In this document: piece after piece, positions 27,596-36,166 of the stretch | Position numbering within the stretch: position 1 is the first letter of the stretch | Layout of the letters: every line of letters starts with the position of its first letter | Virus record (IMG/VR): IMGVR_UViG_3300012894_000058 | Coordinates: 1 to 61,688 of that record | DNA length: 61,688 nucleotides | Direction: 5' to 3' (one strand) | DNA from: a virus | Lineage: Duplodnaviria; Caudoviricetes | Position numbers and translations under genes: made by a program | The notes under the pieces: model-generated | Told to the model about the DNA's origin: nothing | Seen by the model: only the letters and a program-made list of their open reading frames with translations | Databases searched by the model: none

Positions 27596-27864
27596 GCGGC
27601 CACCTCTTCCGCGACCTTCTCGACGCTGCCGCCATCCTTCGCCCAGGTGAGCAGCTCGGAGACCTGCTGCATCGTGGCGGGCTTGCCGTCGATCTCGTAG
27701 CTCAGGGCTTCCGGCTTGTCGCTCTGCTTGCCCGTGATGGTCAGGGTATAAAAGCGGCTGCTCATCCGCACGCGGTCCATCTCGAACCAGACCATCACGT
27801 TAAAGGTCTTGGTGAGGGTGAGCGGCTGTGACGCCTGTGTAACGGGTGCTGCGTATAGTGTCAT
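27592..27864 (-). CDS. Hypothetical protein
   Basis: 90 aa from MTLYAAP with GGAGG RBS. Confidence 0.7.
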   Translation of the reverse strand: MTLYAAPVTQASQPLTLTKTFNVMVWFEMDRVRMSSRFYTLTITGKQSDKPEALSYEIDGKPATMQQVSELLTWAKDGGSVEKVAEEVAA

Positions 27865-27934
27865 TCGAACCTCCAGGGGTTCCAAAAAACCCTTCCTCCC
27901 CGTCGAAAGTTAGGCGGGGTTTTTTGGTGCCCCT

Positions 27935-27977
27935 ATGTTATCTCCCATTGACAACTGTTGTCAATGGGAGATAACAT
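27935..27977. promoter_or_regulatory. 43-bp palindrome forming a symmetric divergent promoter
   Basis: 21-bp arms around one T; each strand reads TTGACA-N18-TAACAT. Confidence 0.8.
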
Positions 27978-27992
27978 GAACCGGGTGATACG

Positions 27993-28397
27993 ATGACCGG
28001 GATGAATGCCGATGTGCGCGACGCCGTTAAAGCAGTTCTTGAGCAGCGAGGTCTGACTCAGGCTGAGCTAGCACGACGTATTGGGATGGAGCGCCCCAAC
28101 TTACACAGACTTTTATCTGGAAGAAGTGGACAAGTGCCTGAAGCCTGGCAGAAGATTTTTGACGAGCTGGGTTTACAGTTAATCGCCATTCCATTGAACG
28201 GCGACATTGATTTAGCCGCTTACCGTGCTGAGCAGCAGACTATCGATGAAAGTGTTGAATCGCTTTTGTCGGAATTTCCGGTCGATTTGCATAAACAGTT
28301 GAGAGGACACTTGCGACGATCTGTGGAAATGGCTCGACGACATGAGAAATCACTTCAAGCTTCAGAAAAATCTGCTGTGCCGAAGCAAGACGCCTGA
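27993..28397 (+). CDS. XRE-family HTH regulator
   Basis: RGLTQAELARRIGMERPNLHRLLSG. Confidence 0.85.
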   Translation: MTGMNADVRDAVKAVLEQRGLTQAELARRIGMERPNLHRLLSGRSGQVPEAWQKIFDELGLQLIAIPLNGDIDLAAYRAEQQTIDESVESLLSEFPVDLHKQLRGHLRRSVEMARRHEKSLQASEKSAVPKQDA

Positions 28398-28401
28398 TCT
28401 C

Positions 28402-28809
28402 ATGACGTTCGTCGAGGTCTTGCGTTTGGGCGTTACTGGTCATCCGGTAGGTGTCTTTTCATCTACTGAGTGGGTCGCCACGGCCAACGAGCCTGATCGG
28501 TACATCAATCTCAGCGCCTCCCAGTCTGTGATCACGATTCTTCAGCAGAACCCAAGCGCCTTTCTTGCTGAACTGCACACTCGCCTTGAACAGCTTGGCT
28601 TGAGTGACGCCCCTGAGTTCCCGACCGAGGCTGCTATTCGTATGGGTCTGACGTGGAACTCTGCTCACTGGCAGGAGGGAGCGCTCCGTTGGGTTCAGGA
28701 CCTGAATTGGGCCGTTCGCTTTCGACCGGAGTTGCTGGTTTTAGAGCGCAGCGGGAGAACGCAGCACATTCGCCACTGGGCAAAGCGCTTGGCGAGGTCC
28801 AAGATTTGA
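28402..28809 (+). CDS. Hypothetical protein
   Basis: 135 aa from ATG 4 bp after HTH stop. Confidence 0.65.
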   Translation: MTFVEVLRLGVTGHPVGVFSSTEWVATANEPDRYINLSASQSVITILQQNPSAFLAELHTRLEQLGLSDAPEFPTEAAIRMGLTWNSAHWQEGALRWVQDLNWAVRFRPELLVLERSGRTQHIRHWAKRLARSKI

Positions 28810-28835
28810 TTCCCATCATTCCCACCTCCTATGAC

Positions 28836-28866
28836 AAAGCCCCAGCGCATTCGCCTGGGGCTTTTT
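28836..28866. terminator. Bidirectional terminator
   Basis: AAAGCCCCAGCGCATTCGCCTGGGGCTTTTT between convergent genes. Confidence 0.75.
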
Positions 28867-28894
28867 AGCTTAAACACAAATAATATCGACATCT

Positions 28895-29860
28895 CTAGCT
28901 TTCTAAAGCTATTTTAGTAAATAACTGTCTTCCGATTTCAGTTATGTTAACTCTGTAAGCCGCAAAGGGTTCGGACGGTCTAACTTGTTCAAATACACCC
29001 ATCAAATAACAAACAGATAGAGCATTGAAAAATATTTCCTCCAGTCCACCTCTTCCTGCCAACTCATCTATGTACGAAGATATCGACTTTCTTAAACTAG
29101 GGATATCATTTTCACTAGAAACGATTCTAATGGCAATCTGATTAAATATAGACGCTGTATTGATAGAAGTGACTTTAGGCTCGGGTTCAGGATTTGCTGA
29201 ATCAGCAACTTTAATATCTATTATCCGATTTGATAACAAATTGTGTATTTTATTAAGTGTTTGATTCTTATCAGAATCTTGCACTAATCTTCTTAGTTCT
29301 GAATTCTCTCGACCAAGTCTTACAAGTTCATCAGTTATTTCGGCGCTCGAAGTTGCCGTCGGTCTGACCCAACCATCTCTTGAACTATCACTAAATGCAT
29401 TACCCAATGCCGTCATAACCATATAAGGTAGCTCAGATTTAGTTTGCCAAAAAGCAATCATTCGATTCTTCGATGATTTTTCTCTGAAAGCCTTTAACTT
29501 GGCAACCGCATCGGCACTTGTGTCTGTCGCTGTACCACCAGGCCAAGAAGCCGCTTCATCGAGTTGAAATACGAGACAGGGCACACCCCTTTGAATTGCG
29601 TAGTCGTACTCCATCTCGGTGAAGCCTAATCCGGTTTCTTCGTTGATCGATCCATACCGTCGAGCGATCAAGAGAACGTAGTAGTCGCTCGCGTCTATGG
29701 TCTTGGTGATGACAGACCACTGGCTAGCGTTGGCAGCACCAAAAGCCTCCATACCTAGAGGAATATGCCCTGCCCGCATGATCGCCTGGATCACTGCGTC
29801 ACGGTGCTCTTTCAGGTCGTTGTATGTGCTGCTGACGAACACCGTGTATCGCTTGTCCAT
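28895..29860 (-). CDS. DUF4062-domain protein
   Basis: VFVSSTYNDLKEHR, GME.F, IDASDYYVLLIARRYGS, TEMEYDYA; GGGAGG RBS. Confidence 0.85.
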   Translation of the reverse strand: MDKRYTVFVSSTYNDLKEHRDAVIQAIMRAGHIPLGMEAFGAANASQWSVITKTIDASDYYVLLIARRYGSINEETGLGFTEMEYDYAIQRGVPCLVFQLDEAASWPGGTATDTSADAVAKLKAFREKSSKNRMIAFWQTKSELPYMVMTALGNAFSDSSRDGWVRPTATSSAEITDELVRLGRENSELRRLVQDSDKNQTLNKIHNLLSNRIIDIKVADSANPEPEPKVTSINTASIFNQIAIRIVSSENDIPSLRKSISSYIDELAGRGGLEEIFFNALSVCYLMGVFEQVRPSEPFAAYRVNITEIGRQLFTKIALES

Positions 29861-29931
29861 GTCCTCCCAGCGTACCGCCCTTCGCCCCGGCTCGTCACGG
29901 ATGTTGTGTGTCTGCATACGAGACTCCCTAT

Positions 29932-29959
29932 AAAAAAGCCCCAGCGCGGTTGCCTGGGA
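29932..29959 (-). terminator. Intrinsic terminator
   Basis: Hairpin CCCCAGCGCGGTTGCCTGGG preceded by A6 on the plus strand. Confidence 0.65.
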
Positions 29960-30019
29960 CTCCTCTTTGATTTAGCTACTTCTAGCTTCTGGCTTGTCAT
30001 ACCGGCGCCGGGGGAACAG

Positions 30020-30694
30020 CTAGGGCGTACCTGTAGTAGCAGTGATTGGTGTTGGTCGATACCTAAGAGTTACGAAAGTGACATACGCGATGCCGCAAAT
30101 AATCAAACTGACAGCTAAGTCTAATAGCAATCCGATTGAACCAATGGCTTTTCCAATATTTACAGCGCTATTTGTATCTAACCATATATATCCACCGTAA
30201 AGGGCAACGAGAAATAAAAATCCCACAACTATATAGCAACCTACTTCAACAGACTTGTGAATAATTCTTATTCTATCATTCTTATGTATTTCCATAATTT
30301 TATCTGTCGTATCGAAAAAGTTTTTGATAAATCCAATTAATATAATTGGAAAACCAAACAGAAATAAGGTCATCTGTCCAACTATAGATTTATAAAGCAT
30401 ATTATTACACTTAAAAGCAATTGATTTGGGAGAGTCGCTTTCGTGCGTAATAGAGTGATATTTTACATAATTTTCGAAGCAGTTCACATATTTATCTACG
30501 GACAAAGACTTTATATTGTATGGATCTAGGTTGGATAAAACTTGCACAAGATAGAGTCCACCTAAGAAAAATAGAATAGCTATTGCTGCTGTAGATAGAA
30601 GAATTATCTTTTCCTGTCGCATCAAAGTAAATCTTGCAGTGGTCACGGCTTGAACATAACTCTTTCGTTGGCCCCAGATAATCGAGGATGTCAT
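30020..30694 (-). CDS. AT-rich multi-pass membrane protein (moron)
   Basis: About four hydrophobic segments; start may be ATG 30622. Confidence 0.7.
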   Translation of the reverse strand: MTSSIIWGQRKSYVQAVTTARFTLMRQEKIILLSTAAIAILFFLGGLYLVQVLSNLDPYNIKSLSVDKYVNCFENYVKYHSITHESDSPKSIAFKCNNMLYKSIVGQMTLFLFGFPIILIGFIKNFFDTTDKIMEIHKNDRIRIIHKSVEVGCYIVVGFLFLVALYGGYIWLDTNSAVNIGKAIGSIGLLLDLAVSLIICGIAYVTFVTLRYRPTPITATTGTP

Positions 30695-30764
30695 CCATAC
30701 CTCTTATTCCCCCAACGCGAACGCCCCCGCATCTCTGCCGGGGGCGTTACCTGTGTTGTGGTCT

Positions 30765-31214
30765 TTACTTCTGGACGGTCTTCTTTGGCCTGCCCGGACC
30801 CTTGGTACTCGTAGCGCGACTGTTCCCGAGCGTCCGACCCTTCTCAAAGCTTGCACCCATCTTCCTTCTCGTCTCGGCGGCTAGTGCCTTGAAGTCCACG
30901 AGGCCCGCTTCGATGGCTTCCGATGTCACCTTGATTTTACTATTAGCCCGCGTCGAACTCAGCTCTTTATTGATCTTCGCAAACCACGCTTCAAATTCCG
31001 GCGTGCCGTCGATAATCAGGTCTTTGGCGGTGCGGGTATATGTCTCGGTGCTTCCCCGCTTGGTGAACTTCTTAGGCAACTCGAAACGTCCCGGGGTATT
31101 TGCTGCATCAATCTCACCTTCACGAACAGCATCTCGTAATCGCTTGATGAAAGTATCGCTACGCTGAGGGTTATGGAGCTTCTTGATCTGATCGCTAAGG
31201 GTGATGTATGGCAC
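30765..31214 (-). CDS. Basic protein with AT-hook-like C-terminus
   Basis: Ends KGPGRPKKTVQK; probable GTG start; bounded by hairpins at about 30720-30748 and 31298-31323. Confidence 0.7.
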   Translation of the reverse strand: MPYITLSDQIKKLHNPQRSDTFIKRLRDAVREGEIDAANTPGRFELPKKFTKRGSTETYTRTAKDLIIDGTPEFEAWFAKINKELSSTRANSKIKVTSEAIEAGLVDFKALAAETRRKMGASFEKGRTLGNSRATSTKGPGRPKKTVQK

Positions 31215-31362
31215 ATAAATATTTAAACACAAATCAAGCAACTTGGGAAGCTAAGGCAGTTTTGAGCGGCGTTCCATAATTATCTTCTCCCATACAGAAA
31301 CCCCAGCATCTCTACTGGGGTTTATCTCATTTCAACTACTTCCATACCAACATACGCCATCT

Positions 31363-33477
31363 TTAATCTCTTGGTTTTTTGCGTTTTCGATCCTTCTTTT
31401 TCGGTAGGTTCCCAATAGACTCTTCCTGTCTAGTAGCTAATAAAGCTTGTTCATCGCTCTTGGGCTTATTTACTACGACACTATTGAGTAGATATTTTCC
31501 ATGTACTGCTTTTAGGTATTCAATTGCGCTATCGTCATCACTTACGTATGCCAACCTTTCTGAGTAAAACTGAAGCCGGCTTCTACACTCTTCAATAATT
31601 TGGCCCCAGCTCTTTGCCCAAATAATCAAATTGCCTTGATCAGAGAAAACTCCCTCGGGTTTTCCAATCTGCGTGCAGGCTCCTCTTGCAACGTCATCCA
31701 TCTCATTTGATACGGCCCATACAGACCAAAAAGTATTTACATCCTTAAATCGCTCATCATTTTTAATTGCTGCTCCATAGCTAACTGCTTGGCTCAGAAC
31801 TTCCATGTCGATTTTTTGCTTGGGTCTTTTAAGTTCAACTATCAAATGATGGCGTTGTTGAGATCTTGCTCTAGGAATTGATCTGGATAACATTAAATCC
31901 ACTATTCCCCTACTGCCGTCCGATCTCAGCACTTCGTCTAGTTCGTATATCTCGCCCTCATCGTCTCCAGCATCATTTAAGTTGTCACGTTTGAGTAAAG
32001 CTATATGTTTTCTAAGAACTTCAGTCAGAGACTGATCATTGACTGTTAAGTGAAATTCCTCGCCAAATATCCATGTCTGCTCTGCTAAAACTTTATGCAA
32101 CTCTCTCCTCTCTAAGAGAGTTTTCTTGGAATCTTTAGAAAACAAAAGCATTTCTAGCCCGTGCAGAAAATCCAATCTATCTGCCACCAATCTTGAAGCG
32201 CTAATTATGGCTGATAAACTAGTTTTATTCAGCAGATTAGATAGTTCTACAACTTTTGCTTCGGGTAAATCAAGTACTTCTTGCACCACTTTTAGTAATT
32301 CAGCTGGGCTTTTTTCCAGTGATTGTTTTATAAGTCGCAGCTGAAATGCCTGCGTTTTGAGATCAGACTTTTCAAAACTAGGCAAAAATTCTTTGACATT
32401 CATGGAAACTACGTCGAAGACTTGGCGCTCAACTTCTTCAGCGGGGGTCTTTGCCTCGCCTGAATATGGATAAATATCCTCAGATTTCCACTGCTGAACG
32501 GCAGTTTGAGCTTTATCCGCAGCACGCTTGCGGAAGTGAGTTCTCACTTCTGTTTTCACGCGCTCAACCACGGGGTCAATCGGAGACTTCAAGCCATCAT
32601 TTTGCCAAAATAGTTGCGATTTATCATAAAGCTCTCTAACAAAATTAGATTTCACGTACGCCGTATAGCTGAAGTTCGGCGCTGGAATCTTTGGATGGAT
32701 TTCTTCAAGAGTGAATCCGGCATCATCACATAGATACACCGCCCTTTCAAGATCCATCCCCCATTCAGTAATTGTCAATTTTACATCAATCTTTCTTCCA
32801 TCATTCAATTCAATATCACTCAAAATATAATCTTTAGACTCTATTTCGTATTCTTTTGGGTCAATGGTCAAACCATCGTATACGACACTTACTTCAGGAT
32901 ATTGACGCAGGTAGGGAGCAAGCCTCCTGGTAATTTGAAGTCGACTTTCAGACGAACGCAACCCTCTGGCTTTCTCGGTTAAATTACTAATTTTAACAGT
33001 TGTAGAGGTCTCTTCGGCATTTGTTTCAAGATTGGTAGTCGCGATAGGCCGTTTAATGGCGCTCACATTACTTTCAATCGAAATAGCATATAAAGACGAG
33101 CCAACATGATCTCTGGAAACCGTATGCCAGACAACATCAGCTCCTAGGTTGTGGGCTTGGAAACGCCCCTTACCCTCCTTGCCATGCAGCATGCGTTTTT
33201 CTTGACGGGTCCGGACTGATGCAGCCTTCCAGGAGCCGCCTAGATTCTCAAATGCCGCCAAATCCCGATTTGAGATTCCGGTACCGTTATCCCAAACCTC
33301 AATGGAGTCAAGACCACCAAGCAGATTATTGGCAAATGTGACCTCTACTTCTTGGGCATCAGCATCTAGGCCGTTCCAAATCAACTCACACAACGAAGCG
33401 ACTGGGGTTTGCCCCCCAGAAATCTTTTGCAGGTGATCATCTTGAACGTTGACTGAGAGCGTGCGCCTGTTCTGCAT
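31363..33477 (-). CDS. GHKL (HATPase_c) ATPase fused to C-terminal PD-(D/E)xK nuclease-like domain
   Basis: ELIWNGLDA, DNGTG, GKEGKGRF; C-terminal VDLML...IVELKRP; GGAGA RBS. Confidence 0.85.
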   Translation of the reverse strand: MQNRRTLSVNVQDDHLQKISGGQTPVASLCELIWNGLDADAQEVEVTFANNLLGGLDSIEVWDNGTGISNRDLAAFENLGGSWKAASVRTRQEKRMLHGKEGKGRFQAHNLGADVVWHTVSRDHVGSSLYAISIESNVSAIKRPIATTNLETNAEETSTTVKISNLTEKARGLRSSESRLQITRRLAPYLRQYPEVSVVYDGLTIDPKEYEIESKDYILSDIELNDGRKIDVKLTITEWGMDLERAVYLCDDAGFTLEEIHPKIPAPNFSYTAYVKSNFVRELYDKSQLFWQNDGLKSPIDPVVERVKTEVRTHFRKRAADKAQTAVQQWKSEDIYPYSGEAKTPAEEVERQVFDVVSMNVKEFLPSFEKSDLKTQAFQLRLIKQSLEKSPAELLKVVQEVLDLPEAKVVELSNLLNKTSLSAIISASRLVADRLDFLHGLEMLLFSKDSKKTLLERRELHKVLAEQTWIFGEEFHLTVNDQSLTEVLRKHIALLKRDNLNDAGDDEGEIYELDEVLRSDGSRGIVDLMLSRSIPRARSQQRHHLIVELKRPKQKIDMEVLSQAVSYGAAIKNDERFKDVNTFWSVWAVSNEMDDVARGACTQIGKPEGVFSDQGNLIIWAKSWGQIIEECRSRLQFYSERLAYVSDDDSAIEYLKAVHGKYLLNSVVVNKPKSDEQALLATRQEESIGNLPKKKDRKRKKPRD

Positions 33478-33557
33478 GTAGGTCTCCAGAGTGCCCCCCA
33501 GCCTGAGGCCGGGGGTGATAGCGCACGCTAGCATGCTTAGCTCATCTTGAATCAGAA

Positions 33558-33574
33558 TTATGTTAATAGCGTAT
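33558..33574. promoter_or_regulatory. RDRM-like 17-bp site
   Basis: TTATGT-TAATA-GCGTAT, about 80 bp upstream of GHKL gene. Confidence 0.35.
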
Positions 33575-33640
33575 CACCCCTTCTGGGAAGATATAGGTAC
33601 CTCTGGAATGTTTACGCCAACGTTGGACCGTCCTGAGTTG

Positions 33641-33853
33641 TTACTTGTTCCTGCCCTTCTGGCCCACGTCCCAGGCTTCCCGAAAACTCTCGCGCCCCTG
33701 CGCGAACGTCCAGAGCGCCACCTGGAAGCAGACCTCGTCGAGGAACTGGTGCATCAGCTCACCCATGCTCGGGTACCGCCCCTTACTCATGCCGTGCCAG
33801 ATCAGGGCGGCGCGGAGCTGGCGCTCGATGAGTCCGACGAGGCATCCGCCAGT
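33641..33853 (-). CDS. Probable gpT-like tail chaperone extension ORF
   Basis: Open -1 frame overlapping the chaperone 3' end (LVGLIERQLRAALIWHGMSKGRYPS...); internal ATG 33790. Confidence 0.5.
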   Translation of the reverse strand, partial: TGGCLVGLIERQLRAALIWHGMSKGRYPSMGELMHQFLDEVCFQVALWTFAQGRESFREAWDVGQKGRNK

Positions 33854-34320
33854 TCACGCCCAAACAATCGAATGGCGGTGTACACCGGCTCTTCGTATAG
33901 ACCCAGCGCGCTGCCGACTTCCCCATATTCGGGGTCGCTCATGCCCTCGCGCAGCACGGCCCGTCGCATGACCTTATTCAGCGCCAGCATGTGCGCGTTG
34001 AAGTCCTCACTGACCGGTAGTGCGTCATCGAAGGGCTTCGGATCATCAACCTTTGCCTTCTGTTGCTGGGCTGAGCCTAAGGCTTTGGAGCCCTGGTTGG
34101 CATACCAGTTGGCCCACCGGACGTATTCATCCTCGCCTGCCAGGGCCAGCATCGCTTCATGCCCGATCTGGGAACCCCGGACACGCTTGATCACGAAGCG
34201 CTGTCCTTCACCCTCGGCCGCTTGAACGACTTCGACTTCGCCTTGCGCGTCGAGCTGTTCCTTTAGCCAGATGGTCTTCAGGTTCCGGTTCTTGAAGAAC
34301 TGTGCAGTTGTGGTCGACAT
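33802..34320 (-). CDS. Tail assembly chaperone (gpG-like)
   Basis: 172 aa directly after major tail gene; function by synteny. Confidence 0.65.
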   Translation of the reverse strand: MSTTTAQFFKNRNLKTIWLKEQLDAQGEVEVVQAAEGEGQRFVIKRVRGSQIGHEAMLALAGEDEYVRWANWYANQGSKALGSAQQQKAKVDDPKPFDDALPVSEDFNAHMLALNKVMRRAVLREGMSDPEYGEVGSALGLYEEPVYTAIRLFGRELADASSDSSSASSAPP

Positions 34321-34431
34321 CTGAACCTCTGTGTGGTGTGGTTGGCCCGCATGGCAGCCACAGAGACCGAGCGCCGCCGCCAGTGTTCAGCGGGCCAGCG
34401 GCGCTCGGATGCGGGCGAAGGGTCAGGATGC

Positions 34432-35376
34432 TTAGCCAGTCACCGTGAACGGGGCAGATCCGGGAGTGCTGCTGCGAGCACGGAAGGTCGCGTCGGTGAT
34501 CACGCGGCCCGGCGCTACCGGAACACCGAAGGCACTGATCTGCGCATTCAGCGCGATCACCTTACTGCCCAGGGTGTACGTCACTGCCAGCATTGACGAG
34601 CTGCGGTCAGCTTCCAGCAGCGCGTTCTGATTGCCGTTGAACCTGGTGGTGATCTCGGCTGTGATCGGTGCAGTACCGGGCGCAAAACCAGGGATCGTCA
34701 GACCCACGGCGGGCAGTGGGTCGAGGGGGTTCATAAAGTGCAGCGTCACGTCACCGTCGGGGATCACGTTCACGCCGCCAATGGCGAAGACACCACTGCC
34801 CGCGAAGTACGCCTGGCCGTAGGCGGGGATGACAGGCGTGGCCGGAGTGACGGCCGCGTCGGTATCACCGATCTTGACGAAGGTGCCTGTGCAGGCCTGC
34901 ACGGTGGCGCTGAACGTCGCGTTCTTCGTTCGGTCAGTCGGGATGGTGATCGTCAGATCCATGATCTGTGCATCGACGAACTGCAGCAGTCCCTGAGTCG
35001 GCACGAACCACTGGCCACAGACGGCCGGCAGAGGAAGAAACGCTGCCCACTGGTTGGCATTACTGGGGGTGATCACGGTGGCGACGGCTTCACCGAACAT
35101 CGCCGTCAGGAACAGCGTCAACTCAGCCGGAGCCAGGGTGCCAGTCCAGGTGAACTTCAGGTCGTAGCCGGCGGGCACGGCGGGAGCCTCGAAGCGCGAG
35201 AGGGCGAAGTAGTCGTCCATGCGCTTCAGGAAGTCAGGCTTGACGCCGCTGCCGCCGTTTTCGCGCATGAAGTTGGTCGGGGCGGTGTACTTGCCGGGCT
35301 CGGCCTGCAGGGCTACGCCCAGCCAGCCGAAGCGGCCGTCGTTCACCGGCGTGGTGTTCGGAACGAAGGTAGGCAT
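34432..35376 (-). CDS. Major tail (tube) protein
   Basis: 314 aa, beta-rich, T/A/P-rich; position after neck genes. Confidence 0.75.
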   Translation of the reverse strand: MPTFVPNTTPVNDGRFGWLGVALQAEPGKYTAPTNFMRENGGSGVKPDFLKRMDDYFALSRFEAPAVPAGYDLKFTWTGTLAPAELTLFLTAMFGEAVATVITPSNANQWAAFLPLPAVCGQWFVPTQGLLQFVDAQIMDLTITIPTDRTKNATFSATVQACTGTFVKIGDTDAAVTPATPVIPAYGQAYFAGSGVFAIGGVNVIPDGDVTLHFMNPLDPLPAVGLTIPGFAPGTAPITAEITTRFNGNQNALLEADRSSSMLAVTYTLGSKVIALNAQISAFGVPVAPGRVITDATFRARSSTPGSAPFTVTG

Positions 35377-35717
35377 TATTCACGCTCCTGGGGGGTGCTC
35401 TCAGCCTCGGCTTCCGCTTCGGTGGCAGGGGTCGGAAAGACGTCGGCGGGCACTTCGATCTGCACCGGCTCGTCGGAGACCAGAGGGGGTGCAGGGGCAT
35501 CGGCCGGGGCGGGCTCGAAGAGACCGGTCTGCTCGAAGAGCGTGGCCGTTTCCTCGTCGGAGGCCTCGACGATCTCACCCACGGCGGTCACGGTGGCGAG
35601 CGGGCGGCCTTCAATGAAGAGGGTGCCGAGGGCCACGCCGATGTACTTCCAGCGGCTGTGCGCCACGGGCTGTGGAGCGGGCGTCTGCTCGGGTGTGGGG
35701 TCTTGTACTTGCGTCAT
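35376..35717 (-). CDS. Acidic hypothetical structural-module protein
   Basis: 113 aa from MTQVQD, AGGAG RBS, overlaps on both sides. Confidence 0.65.
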   Translation of the reverse strand: MTQVQDPTPEQTPAPQPVAHSRWKYIGVALGTLFIEGRPLATVTAVGEIVEASDEETATLFEQTGLFEPAPADAPAPPLVSDEPVQIEVPADVFPTPATEAEAEAESTPQERE

Positions 35718-36166
35718 AGGTGCACTCCTGTTTCGAGGTCGAGGGTCAGATCCCAGTCGGTGGACATGGTCAGCACCTCGGGTTGCTGCACGTCCCTGGG
35801 CAGTTCGTTCAGCCTGAAGCCGGTAGCGAATCCACCGAAGCTGTACACAGCCGGCACCTGCACTGCGGGGATGAGCCGGAAGCCTTCCAGCGCTGCGTTT
35901 AGCCGCGCCTCGTCGGGTGTCAGGTCGCCAGGGTTGGTGTCGTGGGCGTAGTGCACCGCGACGTAGCCGCTGTAACAGCGCCGCACTACAAGCCCGTTCG
36001 CCCCGACACCCCCACCTTCCAGCGTGCGGACGTCCGTGACAGCGAACTCGCTGCTGCCCGCGACCACCTGCCGTGCAAGCAGTGGGCGAGGCACGAGGTC
36101 GCGCAAGTTGGCTTCCTTCTGCACGTGCTGGTAGAGCAGCGCCAGGATTACGCGGGCGTCTTTCAA
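35714..36166 (-). CDS. Putative tail terminator/completion protein
   Basis: 150 aa; synteny. Confidence 0.6.
   Translation of the reverse strand: MKDARVILALLYQHVQKEANLRDLVPRPLLARQVVAGSSEFAVTDVRTLEGGGVGANGLVVRRCYSGYVAVHYAHDTNPGDLTPDEARLNAALEGFRLIPAVQVPAVYSFGGFATGFRLNELPRDVQQPEVLTMSTDWDLTLDLETGVHL

Noticed and set aside
28942-28958. Second RDRM-like word TTATGTTAACTCTGTAA
   Set aside because: Inside the 3' end of an AT-rich CDS with a poor right half
33799-33807. CCC-TGA +1 frameshift site at chaperone stop
   Set aside because: The +1 frame stops after about six codons
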